A stretch of 24,000 nt of DNA from Herminiimonas sp. (lineage in GTDB: Bacteria; Pseudomonadota; Gammaproteobacteria; Burkholderiales; Burkholderiaceae_D): the NCBI GenBank assembly GCA_027310305.1, contig DAIDBD010000008.1, forward strand, positions 8,137 through 32,136. The letters are read 5' to 3'. The position numbers and the translations under genes are program-made. The stretch's first letter is position 1; each line of letters starts with the position of its first letter. The notes below the pieces were generated by a model. The model made no database searches. It was not told where the DNA came from and saw only the letters and a program-made list of their open reading frames with translations. Of this stretch, positions 6,220 through 14,806 are shown piece by piece.

Positions 6220-7926
6220 TCATTGCGGACCGGAATGCTGCTCTTCTTCCAATACTTGAATCACATGCCGGGTCATGCCGGATGCAAGTTCTTCCTCGCC
6301 GAGCAGCACTTTTCCCGCCCGCTCGTTTCGCAAAAGTTCTGCTTCTTTTTCATTATGGCTGCGAACAATGCTTTCAATGGATGGGTTGAGAGCGCGCGCC
6401 GTTTCGATCATTTTCCGAACATGAAAAGTGTCCGGCGTGGCAATCACCAAAAACCTCGCGCGTGCAATATGGGCCTGGATCAGCACTGCAGGATCGGCTG
6501 CATTTCCTGCAACCGCCGGTATGCCGCGCTTGCGCAATTGATCGACAATTTCGCGGTTTTGCTCCGCGACCACGAAATGCACGCCACGGGCTGAGAGCAT
6601 TTCTGCAATATGCCGGCCGACCCGGCCGTATCCGACCAGGATAACCTGGCCCGTCAGCTTTTCTTCCTCGACCGTAGTGGGTAGTTCTGCCAGCGGATCG
6701 CTGGTGCGTTCCAGCCTGCGTCCCCATTCCGGGTTCGAGCGCACCCATGATTGCACCGGTTTGATTACTGCAAAGACCAATGGATTGAGCGCAATCGAAA
6801 TAATGGCGCCGGCCAGAATCAGGCTTTGCCCCTCGACCGGGAGCAATCCGAGAGAAACGCCCAGTGCTGCCAGGATGAATGAAAATTCGCCGATCTGGGC
6901 CAGACTTGCCGAAACGGTCAGCGCCGTATTGAGCGGATAACGCAGCATCAACACCACGATGAATGCGGCTAGCGATTTTCCGAAAATGATGATGGCAACC
7001 ACTGCCAGCAATTTCCATGGGCTTTCCAGTACGATTCCCGGATCGAACAGCATGCCGACCGACACGAAGAACAAGACTGAAAATGCATCGCGCAGCGGCA
7101 AGGTTTCTTCGGCAGCGCGGTGGCTCAATTCGGATTCGCGCAGGATCATGCCGGCAAAGAACGCACCGAGCGCAAAGGAAACGCCGAAAAGCCGCGACGA
7201 GCCGTACGCAACGCCCACCGCAGCGGCAATCACGCACAATGTGAACAATTCACGCGAACCGGTGCGCGCGACGCGCCATAGCAGCCAGGGAAACACTTTT
7301 CTGCCTACTACCAGCATGAAAACCACGAACGCGGCAACCTGGCCGAGCGTAACGGCAAGCGTAGTCCAGAGATTTGCGCCGGCTTGCACAGCCTTGCCGC
7401 CGAGCGCGCCGGACAATGCCGGCAGCAGCACGAGAACGAGCACCGTCACCAGATCCTCAACCACCAGCCAGCCGACTGCGATGCGCCCGTTAAACGATTC
7501 GAGGGCGCCCCGGTCTTCCAGTGTGCGCAGCAGGACGACCGTACTTGCCACCGACAACGCGAGGCCGAACACCAGGCCGGCGCCCAGGCTCCAGCCCCAT
7601 AGGGTTGCAGCGCCGATGCCTAGCAGCGTGGCTGCGGCAATCTGCAAAATGGCGCCGGGCAGGGCAATGCGCCGCACTTCAAGCAAATCGTTCAGCGAAA
7701 AATGCAGGCCGACGCCGAACATCAGCAGCATGACGCCTATTTCGGCAAGCTGGCTGGCGAGTTCCATATCAGCCACGAACCCCGGCGTCGCCGGTCCGAT
7801 GATGATGCCTGCGACAAGGTAGCCGACCAGCGCCGGCAGCTTCAGGCGCACGGCAATCAGGCCGAAAACAAGCCCGAAGCCCAGCGCAGCGACGATGGTG
7901 GTAATGAGGGGAATGTCGTGCGGCAT
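6220..7926 (-). CDS. ybaL: CPA2-family monovalent cation:proton antiporter with a C-terminal TrkA-N (RCK) domain, YbaL-like
   Basis: 568-aa ORF. The N-terminus MPHDIPLITTIVAALGFGLVFGLIAVRLKLPALVGYLVAGIIIGPATPGFVADMELASQLAEIGVMLLMFGVGLHFSL is very similar to E. coli YbaL as I recall it. The C-terminal Rossmann motif ILVGYGRVGRHIA indicates a KTN/RCK domain. Confidence 0.85.
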   Translation of the reverse strand: MPHDIPLITTIVAALGFGLVFGLIAVRLKLPALVGYLVAGIIIGPATPGFVADMELASQLAEIGVMLLMFGVGLHFSLNDLLEVRRIALPGAILQIAAATLLGIGAATLWGWSLGAGLVFGLALSVASTVVLLRTLEDRGALESFNGRIAVGWLVVEDLVTVLVLVLLPALSGALGGKAVQAGANLWTTLAVTLGQVAAFVVFMLVVGRKVFPWLLWRVARTGSRELFTLCVIAAAVGVAYGSSRLFGVSFALGAFFAGMILRESELSHRAAEETLPLRDAFSVLFFVSVGMLFDPGIVLESPWKLLAVVAIIIFGKSLAAFIVVLMLRYPLNTALTVSASLAQIGEFSFILAALGVSLGLLPVEGQSLILAGAIISIALNPLVFAVIKPVQSWVRSNPEWGRRLERTSDPLAELPTTVEEEKLTGQVILVGYGRVGRHIAEMLSARGVHFVVAEQNREIVDQLRKRGIPAVAGNAADPAVLIQAHIARARFLVIATPDTFHVRKMIETARALNPSIESIVRSHNEKEAELLRNERAGKVLLGEEELASGMTRHVIQVLEEEQHSGPQ

Positions 7927-8082
7927 GCGTACGCTTTTCTTTAACGCCTAGAAAAATACGAAGGCGGTTTGCACCATAAGATATTTCGAACAAAAAACAT
8001 GTTCTCGATCAGAGACTGGTTTGCCGGGTGGATGCGATAACGCCGTGCCCATCCTGTTTTCCCTGATTCTGCATCAATTCGG

Positions 8083-8829
8083 TCAGGCCGTCTTTTTCGC
8101 CAACCCCAGATACGTATCGATCACCTTCGGATCGCTCGCCAGTTCATGCGCGGGACCCTCCAGCACCATGTCGCCGGTTTCCAGCACATACGCATGATCG
8201 GCCACTTGCAATGCCGCGCGCGCATTCTGTTCCACCAGCAGGATCGCCACGCCGGTCTGTTTCAGGCGCACGATGATATGGAAAATTTCCTTGACGATCA
8301 GCGGCGCCAGGCCGAGGCTGGGCTCGTCGAGCATCAGCAGTTGCGGCTTGGCCATCAACGCGCGGCCGACCGCCAGCATCTGCCGTTCGCCGCCCGACAA
8401 GGTGCCCGCCTCCTGCTTGCGCCGCTCTTCCAGGCGCGGAAACAGTTCGAACACCACTTTCATCTGATCGGCGTAATTTTTTTCACGCGCCTTGTATCGG
8501 CGATAGCTGCCCAGATGCAGGTTGTCTTCCACCGTCATCGTCGCGAACAGTTCGCGCTTTTCCGGCACCAGGCACATGCCGCGCGCGACGCGCGATTCGA
8601 TCGCCACGCCGGCCATGTCGTGGCCTGCCAGCATCACGCTGCCGCGCATCGCGCCGTTGGCCGGCATCGCGCCGGCGATCGCATTGAGCATCGTCGATTT
8701 GCCGGCGCCGTTGGGGCCGATCACGGTCACGATCTGGCCGGCGCTTACCGTCAGGTTGGCGCCATGCAGCGCTTCGACCTTGCCGTAGGCCACGTGCAAA
8801 TCGCGTACTTGCAGAATCGGTGTCGTCAT
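8083..8829 (-). CDS. ABC transporter ATP-binding protein, LivF type
   Basis: Walker [10 protein letters not shown], signature LSGGERQ and Walker B LLMLDEPS are present. I place the start at [11 protein letters not shown] (8829), preceded by AAGGAAGA and 10 nt after the upstream stop. The track start at 8892 would overlap the upstream gene. Confidence 0.9.
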   Translation of the reverse strand: MTTPILQVRDLHVAYGKVEALHGANLTVSAGQIVTVIGPNGAGKSTMLNAIAGAMPANGAMRGSVMLAGHDMAGVAIESRVARGMCLVPEKRELFATMTVEDNLHLGSYRRYKAREKNYADQMKVVFELFPRLEERRKQEAGTLSGGERQMLAVGRALMAKPQLLMLDEPSLGLAPLIVKEIFHIIVRLKQTGVAILLVEQNARAALQVADHAYVLETGDMVLEGPAHELASDPKVIDTYLGLAKKTA

Positions 8830-8839
8830 GTCGTCTTCC

Positions 8840-10624
8840 TTATTCCACGCCGCCCAGATAGGCTTCCAGCACCGCCGGATTCTGCTGCACATCGGCCGGC
8901 AATCCTTCCGCGATCTTGGTGCCGAATTCCATCACGACCAGCCGGTCGGTCAGGTTCATCACGAAATCCATGTCATGTTCGACCAGCAGGATGCTCATGC
9001 CTTCGTCTTTCAGCTTGCGCAGCAGATCGGCCAGCGCCTGTTTTTCCTTGTAGCGCAAGCCGGCCGCTGGTTCGTCGAGCAGCAGCAGCGTCGGGTCGCA
9101 GCACAGCGCGCGCGCGATTTCCAGGATGCGCTGCTGGCCGAGCGCCAGGCTGCCGGCTTCTTCATACAGCATGTTGCCCAAGCCGACGCGCTCCAGTTGT
9201 TTTTTCGCTTCGAACAGCAAGGTCTGTTCTTCGGCGTTGTTCAGCCGGACGATGCTGGCGGCGATGCCGGCCACGTCGCCATGCGTGCCGCGCAGATGCG
9301 CGCCGATCGCGACGTTTTCCAGCACGCTCATGGTCGGCATCAGCCGCACGTGCTGGAAGGTGCGCGCGATGCCGCGGCGGACGATGTCGCGCGACGGCAA
9401 GCCGTCGATCCGCCGCAGTTCGCCCAGCGAACGGAAACGTATCTCGCCTCTGGTGACAGGCAGGACGCCGGTGACCAGGTTGAACATCGTCGATTTGCCG
9501 GCGCCGTTGGGGCCGATCAAGCCCATGATCTCGCCGGCTTTCACGTCGAACGCCAGGTCGTTGACGGCAACCAGCCCGCCGAATTCCTTGCGCGCCTGGC
9601 TGACTTGCAGCACGATCTCGCCGGCTGCATGCCTGGCGCGCATCGGCAACGCGGCAGCCGATGCCGGCGCGACCGCATCCGGTTTTTGCGGCAGCCACTT
9701 GCGGATATAAGGCCACAATCCGTCGCGCGCGCGCTGCAACAGCAGCACCATCATGATGCCGAACACGATCACTTCGAAATTGCCGTTGGCGCCGAGCAGC
9801 GTGGGCAGTATCGATTGCAACTGGTCCTTCAGCAAGGTCAGCAGCGCCGCGCCGAGGATCGCGCCCCACACATGACCCGCGCCGCCGATGACCGCCATGA
9901 ACAGGTATTCGATGCTGGCGTTCAGTCCGAAGGGCGTCGGATTGACCGCCCGCTGCAGATGCGCATACAGCCAGCCGGAAATGCAGGCGAGCAGCGCGGC
10001 CAGCACGAAGATCACGATCTTCATCCAAGCCGTGTTGACACCCATCGCTTCGGCCATCACGCCGCCGCCTTTCAATGCGCGGATCGCGCGGCCGGGGCGG
10101 GAATTCAACAGATTCTGCAGCGCGATCACAGCCAGGATCATTGCCAGCCAGATCAGGAAATACATCTCGCGTCCGGTTTCGAGCGTAATGCCGAACAGGC
10201 CGATCGGCGGGATGCCGTTCAAGCCGTCGTACTTGCCGAGAAAATCGAGATTGCCGAACAGGAAATAGAGCGACAGTCCCCACGCAATCGTTCCCAGCGG
10301 CAGGTAATGTCCCGACAGCCGCATCGTAATGGCGCCGATCAGGAACGCAGCGCCGGCCGTGACCGCGATGCCGGCCAGCAAGCCGATCCATGGCGACAAG
10401 CCGAACTGCGTCGAGAGATAAGCAGTCGAATACGCGCCGAGCCCGACAAACGCCGCCTGGCCGAACGACGTCAGGCCGCCGACGCCGGTCAGCAGCACCA
10501 GGCCGAGCGCGACGATCGCATACAGCCCGATGTAATTGGCGAGCGTGATCCAGAATTCGGGTGTCGGCAATATCGGCAGCAGTGCGACGGCGACGATAAA
10601 AAGAGGAAAGAATTTTTTCATCAT
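8840..10624 (-). CDS. Fused LivM-type permease / LivG-type ATPase
   Basis: 594-aa ORF. The N-terminal ~330 aa are polytopic ([24 protein letters not shown]). The C-terminal half carries Walker [17 protein letters not shown] and [10 protein letters not shown]. Its start ATG overlaps the upstream stop (ATGA at 10621-10624). Confidence 0.9.
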   Translation of the reverse strand: MMKKFFPLFIVAVALLPILPTPEFWITLANYIGLYAIVALGLVLLTGVGGLTSFGQAAFVGLGAYSTAYLSTQFGLSPWIGLLAGIAVTAGAAFLIGAITMRLSGHYLPLGTIAWGLSLYFLFGNLDFLGKYDGLNGIPPIGLFGITLETGREMYFLIWLAMILAVIALQNLLNSRPGRAIRALKGGGVMAEAMGVNTAWMKIVIFVLAALLACISGWLYAHLQRAVNPTPFGLNASIEYLFMAVIGGAGHVWGAILGAALLTLLKDQLQSILPTLLGANGNFEVIVFGIMMVLLLQRARDGLWPYIRKWLPQKPDAVAPASAAALPMRARHAAGEIVLQVSQARKEFGGLVAVNDLAFDVKAGEIMGLIGPNGAGKSTMFNLVTGVLPVTRGEIRFRSLGELRRIDGLPSRDIVRRGIARTFQHVRLMPTMSVLENVAIGAHLRGTHGDVAGIAASIVRLNNAEEQTLLFEAKKQLERVGLGNMLYEEAGSLALGQQRILEIARALCCDPTLLLLDEPAAGLRYKEKQALADLLRKLKDEGMSILLVEHDMDFVMNLTDRLVVMEFGTKIAEGLPADVQQNPAVLEAYLGGVE

Positions 10625-11676
10625 TCTTCTCCTTCATCGACATGTTTTGAAGTCAGCGAGCGCCACAGCAGCACCGGGATGATCAGCGTGAACACGATCA
10701 CTTCCTTGAATGCGCTGGCCCAGAACGACGAATACGATTCGAGCAGGCCGACCAGCAGCGCGCCTGCCGCTGCGATCGGATAGCTGCCCATGCCGCCGAT
10801 GATGGCGCCGACGAATCCTTTCAGGCCGATCAGGAAGCCGCTGTCGTAATACACGGTCGTCAGCGGCGCGATCATCACGCCGCATAGCGCGCCCATGGCC
10901 ACCGCCAGCGTAAAGGCCAGGCGGCCGGCCTGCGTGGTGCCGATGCCGACCAGCCGCGCGCCGAGGCGGTTGACCGCGGTGGCGCGCAACGCCTTGCCGG
11001 ACAGGGTTCGTTCGAAATACAGATAGAGCGCGACGATCAGCGCAAGCGATACGCCGGCGATCACCAGGCTCTGGCCGGAGATCGCCAGCGCGCCGATTTC
11101 AAATCGCGCATCGGAAAACGGCGTGGTACGCGATCCCTCGGCGCCGAACATGACGAGCCCGAGTCCGATCATCGCGAAATGCACGCCGACCGACACGATC
11201 AGCAGTACCAGCGTGCTGGCTTCGGCCAGCGGCTGGAAAGCGAGACGGTAAATCATCGGCCCCATCGGCACCACGATCGCCAGCGCCAGCAGCACCTGTA
11301 ATGGCAGCGGCAGCGTCGGGCCGGCAACCGCTTTCGTGACAAGATAAATTGCAACCGGCAGCAAAATGAATTTCGCCAATGCGAGCGGCAAACTGCGTGC
11401 CGCCGTGCGGCGTCGCTCGGCTATGCGCAGTATCGAGACGGCTTCCTGCATGAAAGTCAGTATGCCGAGCGCAACCAGCAGCGTGGCCGATTGCGGAAAT
11501 TTTTCCGACTGCATTGCCGCCAGCGTCAGCGCGCCGAACGCGACGAATTCACCTTGCGGAATGAAGATGACGCGCGTGACGGAAAAGACAAGTACCAACG
11601 CCAGTGCAAGCAGCGCATAAATTGCGCCGGTGGTGATGCCATCCTGAGCGAGGATGGCGGCAATTGATAGATCCAT
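10621..11676 (-). CDS. ABC transporter permease, LivH type
   Basis: 351-aa polytopic ORF with a typical LivH-family N-terminus: GITTGAIYALLALALVLVFSVTRVIFIPQGEFVAFGA. An AGGAA sequence lies upstream of the ATG. Confidence 0.9.
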   Translation of the reverse strand: MDLSIAAILAQDGITTGAIYALLALALVLVFSVTRVIFIPQGEFVAFGALTLAAMQSEKFPQSATLLVALGILTFMQEAVSILRIAERRRTAARSLPLALAKFILLPVAIYLVTKAVAGPTLPLPLQVLLALAIVVPMGPMIYRLAFQPLAEASTLVLLIVSVGVHFAMIGLGLVMFGAEGSRTTPFSDARFEIGALAISGQSLVIAGVSLALIVALYLYFERTLSGKALRATAVNRLGARLVGIGTTQAGRLAFTLAVAMGALCGVMIAPLTTVYYDSGFLIGLKGFVGAIIGGMGSYPIAAAGALLVGLLESYSSFWASAFKEVIVFTLIIPVLLWRSLTSKHVDEGEE

Positions 11677-11696
11677 GCTGATTCCTAAAAATAAGG

Positions 11697-12056
11697 TTCA
11701 TCCGGGTTTTCTGCGGGTGACAGGAACGCTATCGCGCATTGCCAGCAACGGAAGTAGGTTGGCGCTGAGCGCAGCGATGCCCAACATTCATCCGTCGCAA
11801 AAAGGCGCCCTGCAATTTACGGTCCGGCGTTGGGCATCGCAAAAACGCTCAGTTTGTAGGGCGTCAATAAGCGTAGCGCATTGCGCCGCACACTGTGGGC
11901 ATGCGGCGCAATGCGCTACGCTTATTGACGCCCTACGACCAACGGGAGTCCCTTTTCGGACGACCGAATGGCATAAAACCAACTGCTGCCACTAGGGAAG
12001 TCCCTTTTCGGGACCAAAATTCAGCGCCTTCCGGACCCACAGAAAACCCGGATGAA
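11697..12056. repeat. Composite palindromic repeat element (different termini, same REP core as the MITE-like family)
   Basis: TTCATCCGGGTTTTCTGCGGGT (11697-11718) matches the reverse complement of 12035-12056 (TTCATCCGGGTTTTCTGTGGGT) at 21 of 22 positions. Inside are a 12-bp perfect inverted repeat (11774-11785 and 11829-11840), the 35-bp REP palindrome, and two GTCCCTTTTCGG(G)AC hairpin units. Confidence 0.85.
11856..11936. repeat. Perfect 35-bp-stem REP doublet (hairpin or cruciform-forming palindrome)
   Basis: GTAGGGCGTCAATAAGCGTAGCGCATTGCGCCGCA (11856-11890), an 11-nt loop, then TGCGGCGCAATGCGCTACGCTTATTGACGCCCTAC (11902-11936). The arms are exact reverse complements. The unit ends in CCTAC like enterobacterial REP sequences. 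Confidence 0.9.
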
Positions 12057-12065
12057 TCTTAAAAA

Positions 12066-12102
12066 CCAATAAAAAGGCGCGACCGAAATCGCGCCTTTTT
12101 TT
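12066..12102 (-). terminator. Rho-independent terminator after the binding-protein gene (looks bidirectional)
   Basis: Stem GGCGCGA (12076-12082) pairs with TCGCGCC (12089-12095) around a 6-nt loop. The stem is flanked by A5 on one side and T7 on the other, so each strand reads hairpin plus U-run. It lies 13 nt downstream of the stop at 12115. Confidence 0.8.
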
Positions 12103-12114
12103 ATAACTACTACA

Positions 12115-13278
12115 TTATTTCGCAGCGCCGGCAAGCTTCCATTTTCCGTCCACGATCTGCACCATCACGCGGGCGCGCTGATCGAGGCCGAGATGATCGG
12201 TCGGGCTCATGTTGACGATGCCATGCGAGTTGGCCAGATTTTTGATGCCTTCCAGCGCATCGCGCAATGCGGCGCGGAATTCCCTGGTGCCCGGCTGCGC
12301 TTTCTTCAAGGCGATCGGCGCTGCCGTGGCAAGCAGGTTGCCGGCATCCCATGCATGGCCGCCGAATGTCGATACGCTGCCTGCACCGTACGCTTTTTCA
12401 TAAGCGTTCTTGTAGGTCATTGCGGATTTCTTGACCGGGTTCGAATCCGGCAATTGCTCGGCGACCAGCAACGGGCCGGCCGGCAGCCAGGTGCCTTCGC
12501 AATCCTTTCCGCACACGCGGAGGAAGTCGTTGTTGGCGACGCCGTGGGTTTGATAGATCGTGCCCTTATAGCCGCGTTCCTTCAATGTTTTCTGCGGCAA
12601 TGCGGCAGGCGTGCCGGAACCGGCGATCAGGACCGCATCCGGATTGGCGCTCATTATCTTCAGCACCTGGCCGGTAACGGACGTATCGCTGCGCGTGAAG
12701 CGCTCGTTGGCGACGATCTTGATGTTGCGCAGGTCGGCCAGCTTGGTAAATTCACGGAACCAGCCTTCGCCGTAGGCATCGGAAAAGCCGATGAACGCTA
12801 CCGTCTTGATGCCGGCATCGGCCATGTGGCCAGTAATGGCGGTCGCCATGTGCGAATCGTTTTGCGGCGTCTTGAACACCCAGCGGCGCTTGGCATCGAC
12901 CGGCTCGACGATCGCGGAAGAAGCCGCCATCGAAATCATCGGCGTTTCCGATTCCGCGACGACATCGATCATCGCCAGCGAGTTGGGGGTGATGGTCGAG
13001 CCGATGATCAGATCGACCTTGTCTTCCGCAATCAGCTTGCGCGTATTCTTTACCGCCGTCGTGGTGTCCGATGCGTCATCCAGAACGATGTATTCGACGG
13101 TCTTGCCGGCAATGGTTTTCGGCAGCAGCGCGATGGTATTTTTTTCAGGAATGCCGAGCGAGGCGGCCGGGCCGGTTGCCGACACATTCACGCCGACCTT
13201 GATCTGCGCGGATGCTGCGGTGGAAAGGGTCATGGATAGCAGCGCGGGCAGCAATGCGCCCAGGTATTTGGTGTTCAT
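12115..13278 (-). CDS. Periplasmic substrate-binding protein, LivK/type I (cluster B) family
   Basis: 387-aa ORF with a signal peptide (MNTKYLGALLPALLSMTLSTAASA|Q). The mature N-terminus IKVGVNVSATGPAASLGIPEKN is typical of Leu/Ile/Val-binding-protein-like SBPs. GGAGA lies upstream of the ATG. Confidence 0.85.
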   Translation of the reverse strand: MNTKYLGALLPALLSMTLSTAASAQIKVGVNVSATGPAASLGIPEKNTIALLPKTIAGKTVEYIVLDDASDTTTAVKNTRKLIAEDKVDLIIGSTITPNSLAMIDVVAESETPMISMAASSAIVEPVDAKRRWVFKTPQNDSHMATAITGHMADAGIKTVAFIGFSDAYGEGWFREFTKLADLRNIKIVANERFTRSDTSVTGQVLKIMSANPDAVLIAGSGTPAALPQKTLKERGYKGTIYQTHGVANNDFLRVCGKDCEGTWLPAGPLLVAEQLPDSNPVKKSAMTYKNAYEKAYGAGSVSTFGGHAWDAGNLLATAAPIALKKAQPGTREFRAALRDALEGIKNLANSHGIVNMSPTDHLGLDQRARVMVQIVDGKWKLAGAAK

Positions 13279-13423
13279 GATGTTGTCTCCATTTGTTTCA
13301 TCAGGTTACAGGCTGTTGAATTTTTCATTCTTGCTACATGAACTTCCGGCATCCTTGCAGCGCAAAAAACACGGATGCATGACGCTCTTTTTGTGAGGCC
13401 CGGGTTTTCAAACGACTATAGCA

Positions 13424-13624
13424 TTACACAGAGGTCAGTAATTTAAACGGCACATGCGGCGCAATACGCTTCGCTATTGGCGCCCTACCAGGCTTTCGTT
13501 GGTCGTCCCGAAAAGGGACTTCCTTCGGTCGTAGGGCGTCAATAAGCGCAGCGCATTGCGCCGCATGCCTTCTGTGCTGGGGCGACATCAAAATTTGTCG
13601 CTTTAAATACTGACTTCTGAGTAA
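13424..13624. repeat. MITE-like palindromic element (family copy 2)
   Basis: The left end TTACACAGAGGTCAGTAATTTAAA (13424-13447) matches the reverse complement of 13602-13624 (TTACTCAGAAGTCAGTATTTAAA) with 2 mismatches and 1 indel. It has an inverted pair of REP units at 13452-13487 and 13531-13567. The left ~60 nt are nearly identical to the 6008 copy. Confidence 0.85.
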
Positions 13625-13694
13625 GCATTGCCATTCATCGCAGATTACCGCCCGGCTGCATCGACGCTGTCTCGCCGGCAACCATACGTGCGTG

Positions 13695-14621
13695 CTACGA
13701 CAGTCCGCCAAAACGCTCGTAAAAATAGGACGCCGCTTCAGGGATGTTTTCATCTTCCTGCTGCAGCGTCGCCAGAATGTATTGCTCCGCCTGCCGGTAG
13801 GTCAGCTGGTAAATTTCATGGCACAGTTCGTATGCAGTAGTGCCAGGCCATTCGGCCGGCAACAGCTCCAGCGGCAACTGCGGATCGTGCAATTGCACGC
13901 GGCGAAATGCGTGTATCAATAACGTGCGGATCGCGAACGCCTGTTCCGCGTCGAGCGCGCCTTTCGGTTTCAGCAGCTTCAGCACCGGTTTGAAGCAGTC
14001 GATGAAATGTCGATAGCCGTTCACCACCTTGTCCAGTTCCCAGCAATGCTCGACCAGATCGCTCAACGGACGGGTGCTGATCTGGCTCGATTCGCTGGCC
14101 GAACAGACGAATACCTTGCCGGCCACGCCGACACGAACAAGTATCTCTTCAAGCACCGACGCCTTGCCGCCCGGATGGCCGAAAACGCCCGGCGCGATCA
14201 TGCCGAATCCTTCCCACAGCAGTTCCTTGCGCAAACCGGCGCGCTGTCCGGCGCTGATGATTTCCGGCGCGGTCAGCAACAGCGTCCAACTGCCATCCCA
14301 GCGCAGGTTGGTCGGCGAGTAAATTCTTTCGTACGCCCGCTCGAAGCGGCGCAGTCCCGGCGCTGTCAATGTATACAAACTGCGCCGTCCTTCGCGCGCC
14401 GCTTCCAGCCAGCCTTCTTCGGCGAGGCGGAACACGCTGGTGCGCACCAGCCGGTCGCTGATGCCGAATGGCGCCAGCAGCGTGATCAGGCTGCCCAGCC
14501 AGATTGCACCGCCGCGCGGCGTGATCGAGTCGCCGAACACCGTCATGACGACCGATTTCGAGCGCGGCGGATCGCTCGCGATGAAATCCTGCATCCATTT
14601 GTTAATAGGGCTCAATGGCAC
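13695..14621 (-). CDS. paaX: Phenylacetic acid degradation operon negative regulator PaaX
   Basis: 308-aa ORF. The N-terminal region SVVMTVFGDSITPRGGAIWLGSLITLLAPFGISDRLVRTSVFRLAEEGWLEAAREGRRSLYTLT matches the PaaX family. It is divergent from paaA. Confidence 0.9.
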   Translation of the reverse strand: MPLSPINKWMQDFIASDPPRSKSVVMTVFGDSITPRGGAIWLGSLITLLAPFGISDRLVRTSVFRLAEEGWLEAAREGRRSLYTLTAPGLRRFERAYERIYSPTNLRWDGSWTLLLTAPEIISAGQRAGLRKELLWEGFGMIAPGVFGHPGGKASVLEEILVRVGVAGKVFVCSASESSQISTRPLSDLVEHCWELDKVVNGYRHFIDCFKPVLKLLKPKGALDAEQAFAIRTLLIHAFRRVQLHDPQLPLELLPAEWPGTTAYELCHEIYQLTYRQAEQYILATLQQEDENIPEAASYFYERFGGLS

Positions 14622-14698
14622 TCATTCCCTCGATAGGCGCGTGGATGAAGAAACGGTTTTATATCATAATTTTCCATGACAGGATACAAAACTGATAA

Positions 14699-14739
14699 AT
14701 GATACGAAAAATACGTTTACATATTTTAATTCGTATCAT
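14699..14739. promoter_or_regulatory. Putative PaaX operator
   Basis: A perfect 10-bp inverted repeat: ATGATACGAA (14699-14708), 21 nt, TTCGTATCAT (14730-14739). This reads as TGATAC-N27-GTATCA, close to the TGATTC-N27-GAATCA arrangement reported for E. coli PaaX boxes (from memory). Confidence 0.55.
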
Positions 14740-14744
14740 AATAT
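14716..14744 (+). promoter_or_regulatory. Putative sigma70-type promoter of the paa operon
   Basis: TTTACA (14716-21), 17 nt, TAATAT (14739-44), about 60 nt upstream of the paaA ATG. It is embedded in the PaaX-type palindrome. This is pattern match only. Confidence 0.4.
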
Positions 14745-14806
14745 GGATTGATACTTGGCTTTGGATTGTCGCGGAAGCGGGAAGCCGTTACTGAAGGAAA
14801 GAAATC

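Noticed and set aside
8830-8892. Longer LivF-type start at 8892 given in the ORF track
   Set aside because: It would overlap the upstream fused gene by 53 nt and add a non-conserved Cys/Trp/Arg-rich leader. MTTPILQV at 8829 has a proper SD and the normal ABC ATPase N-terminus.
8828-10783. 651-aa ORF on the + strand, plus the 436-aa ORF at 8146-9456 and the 493-aa ORF at 9162-10643
   Set aside because: These run antisense or out of frame to ABC-transporter genes that have unmistakable Walker and permease motifs. Their translations are Arg/Ala/Gln/His-rich low-complexity strings typical of shadow ORFs in GC-rich DNA.
11654-11995. ORFs 11654-11995 (+), 11788-11982 (-) and 13424-13753 (-), which share peptides such as AAQCATLIDALRP
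   Set aside because: The shared peptide is a by-product of translating the palindromic REP core on either strand. The ORFs lie wholly in repeat DNA.
6008-13624. Whether the recurring ~35-nt REP units could be a CRISPR array
   Set aside because: The units occur as inverted pairs at three distant intergenic sites. They are not direct repeats with regularly sized unique spacers, and no cas genes are present.
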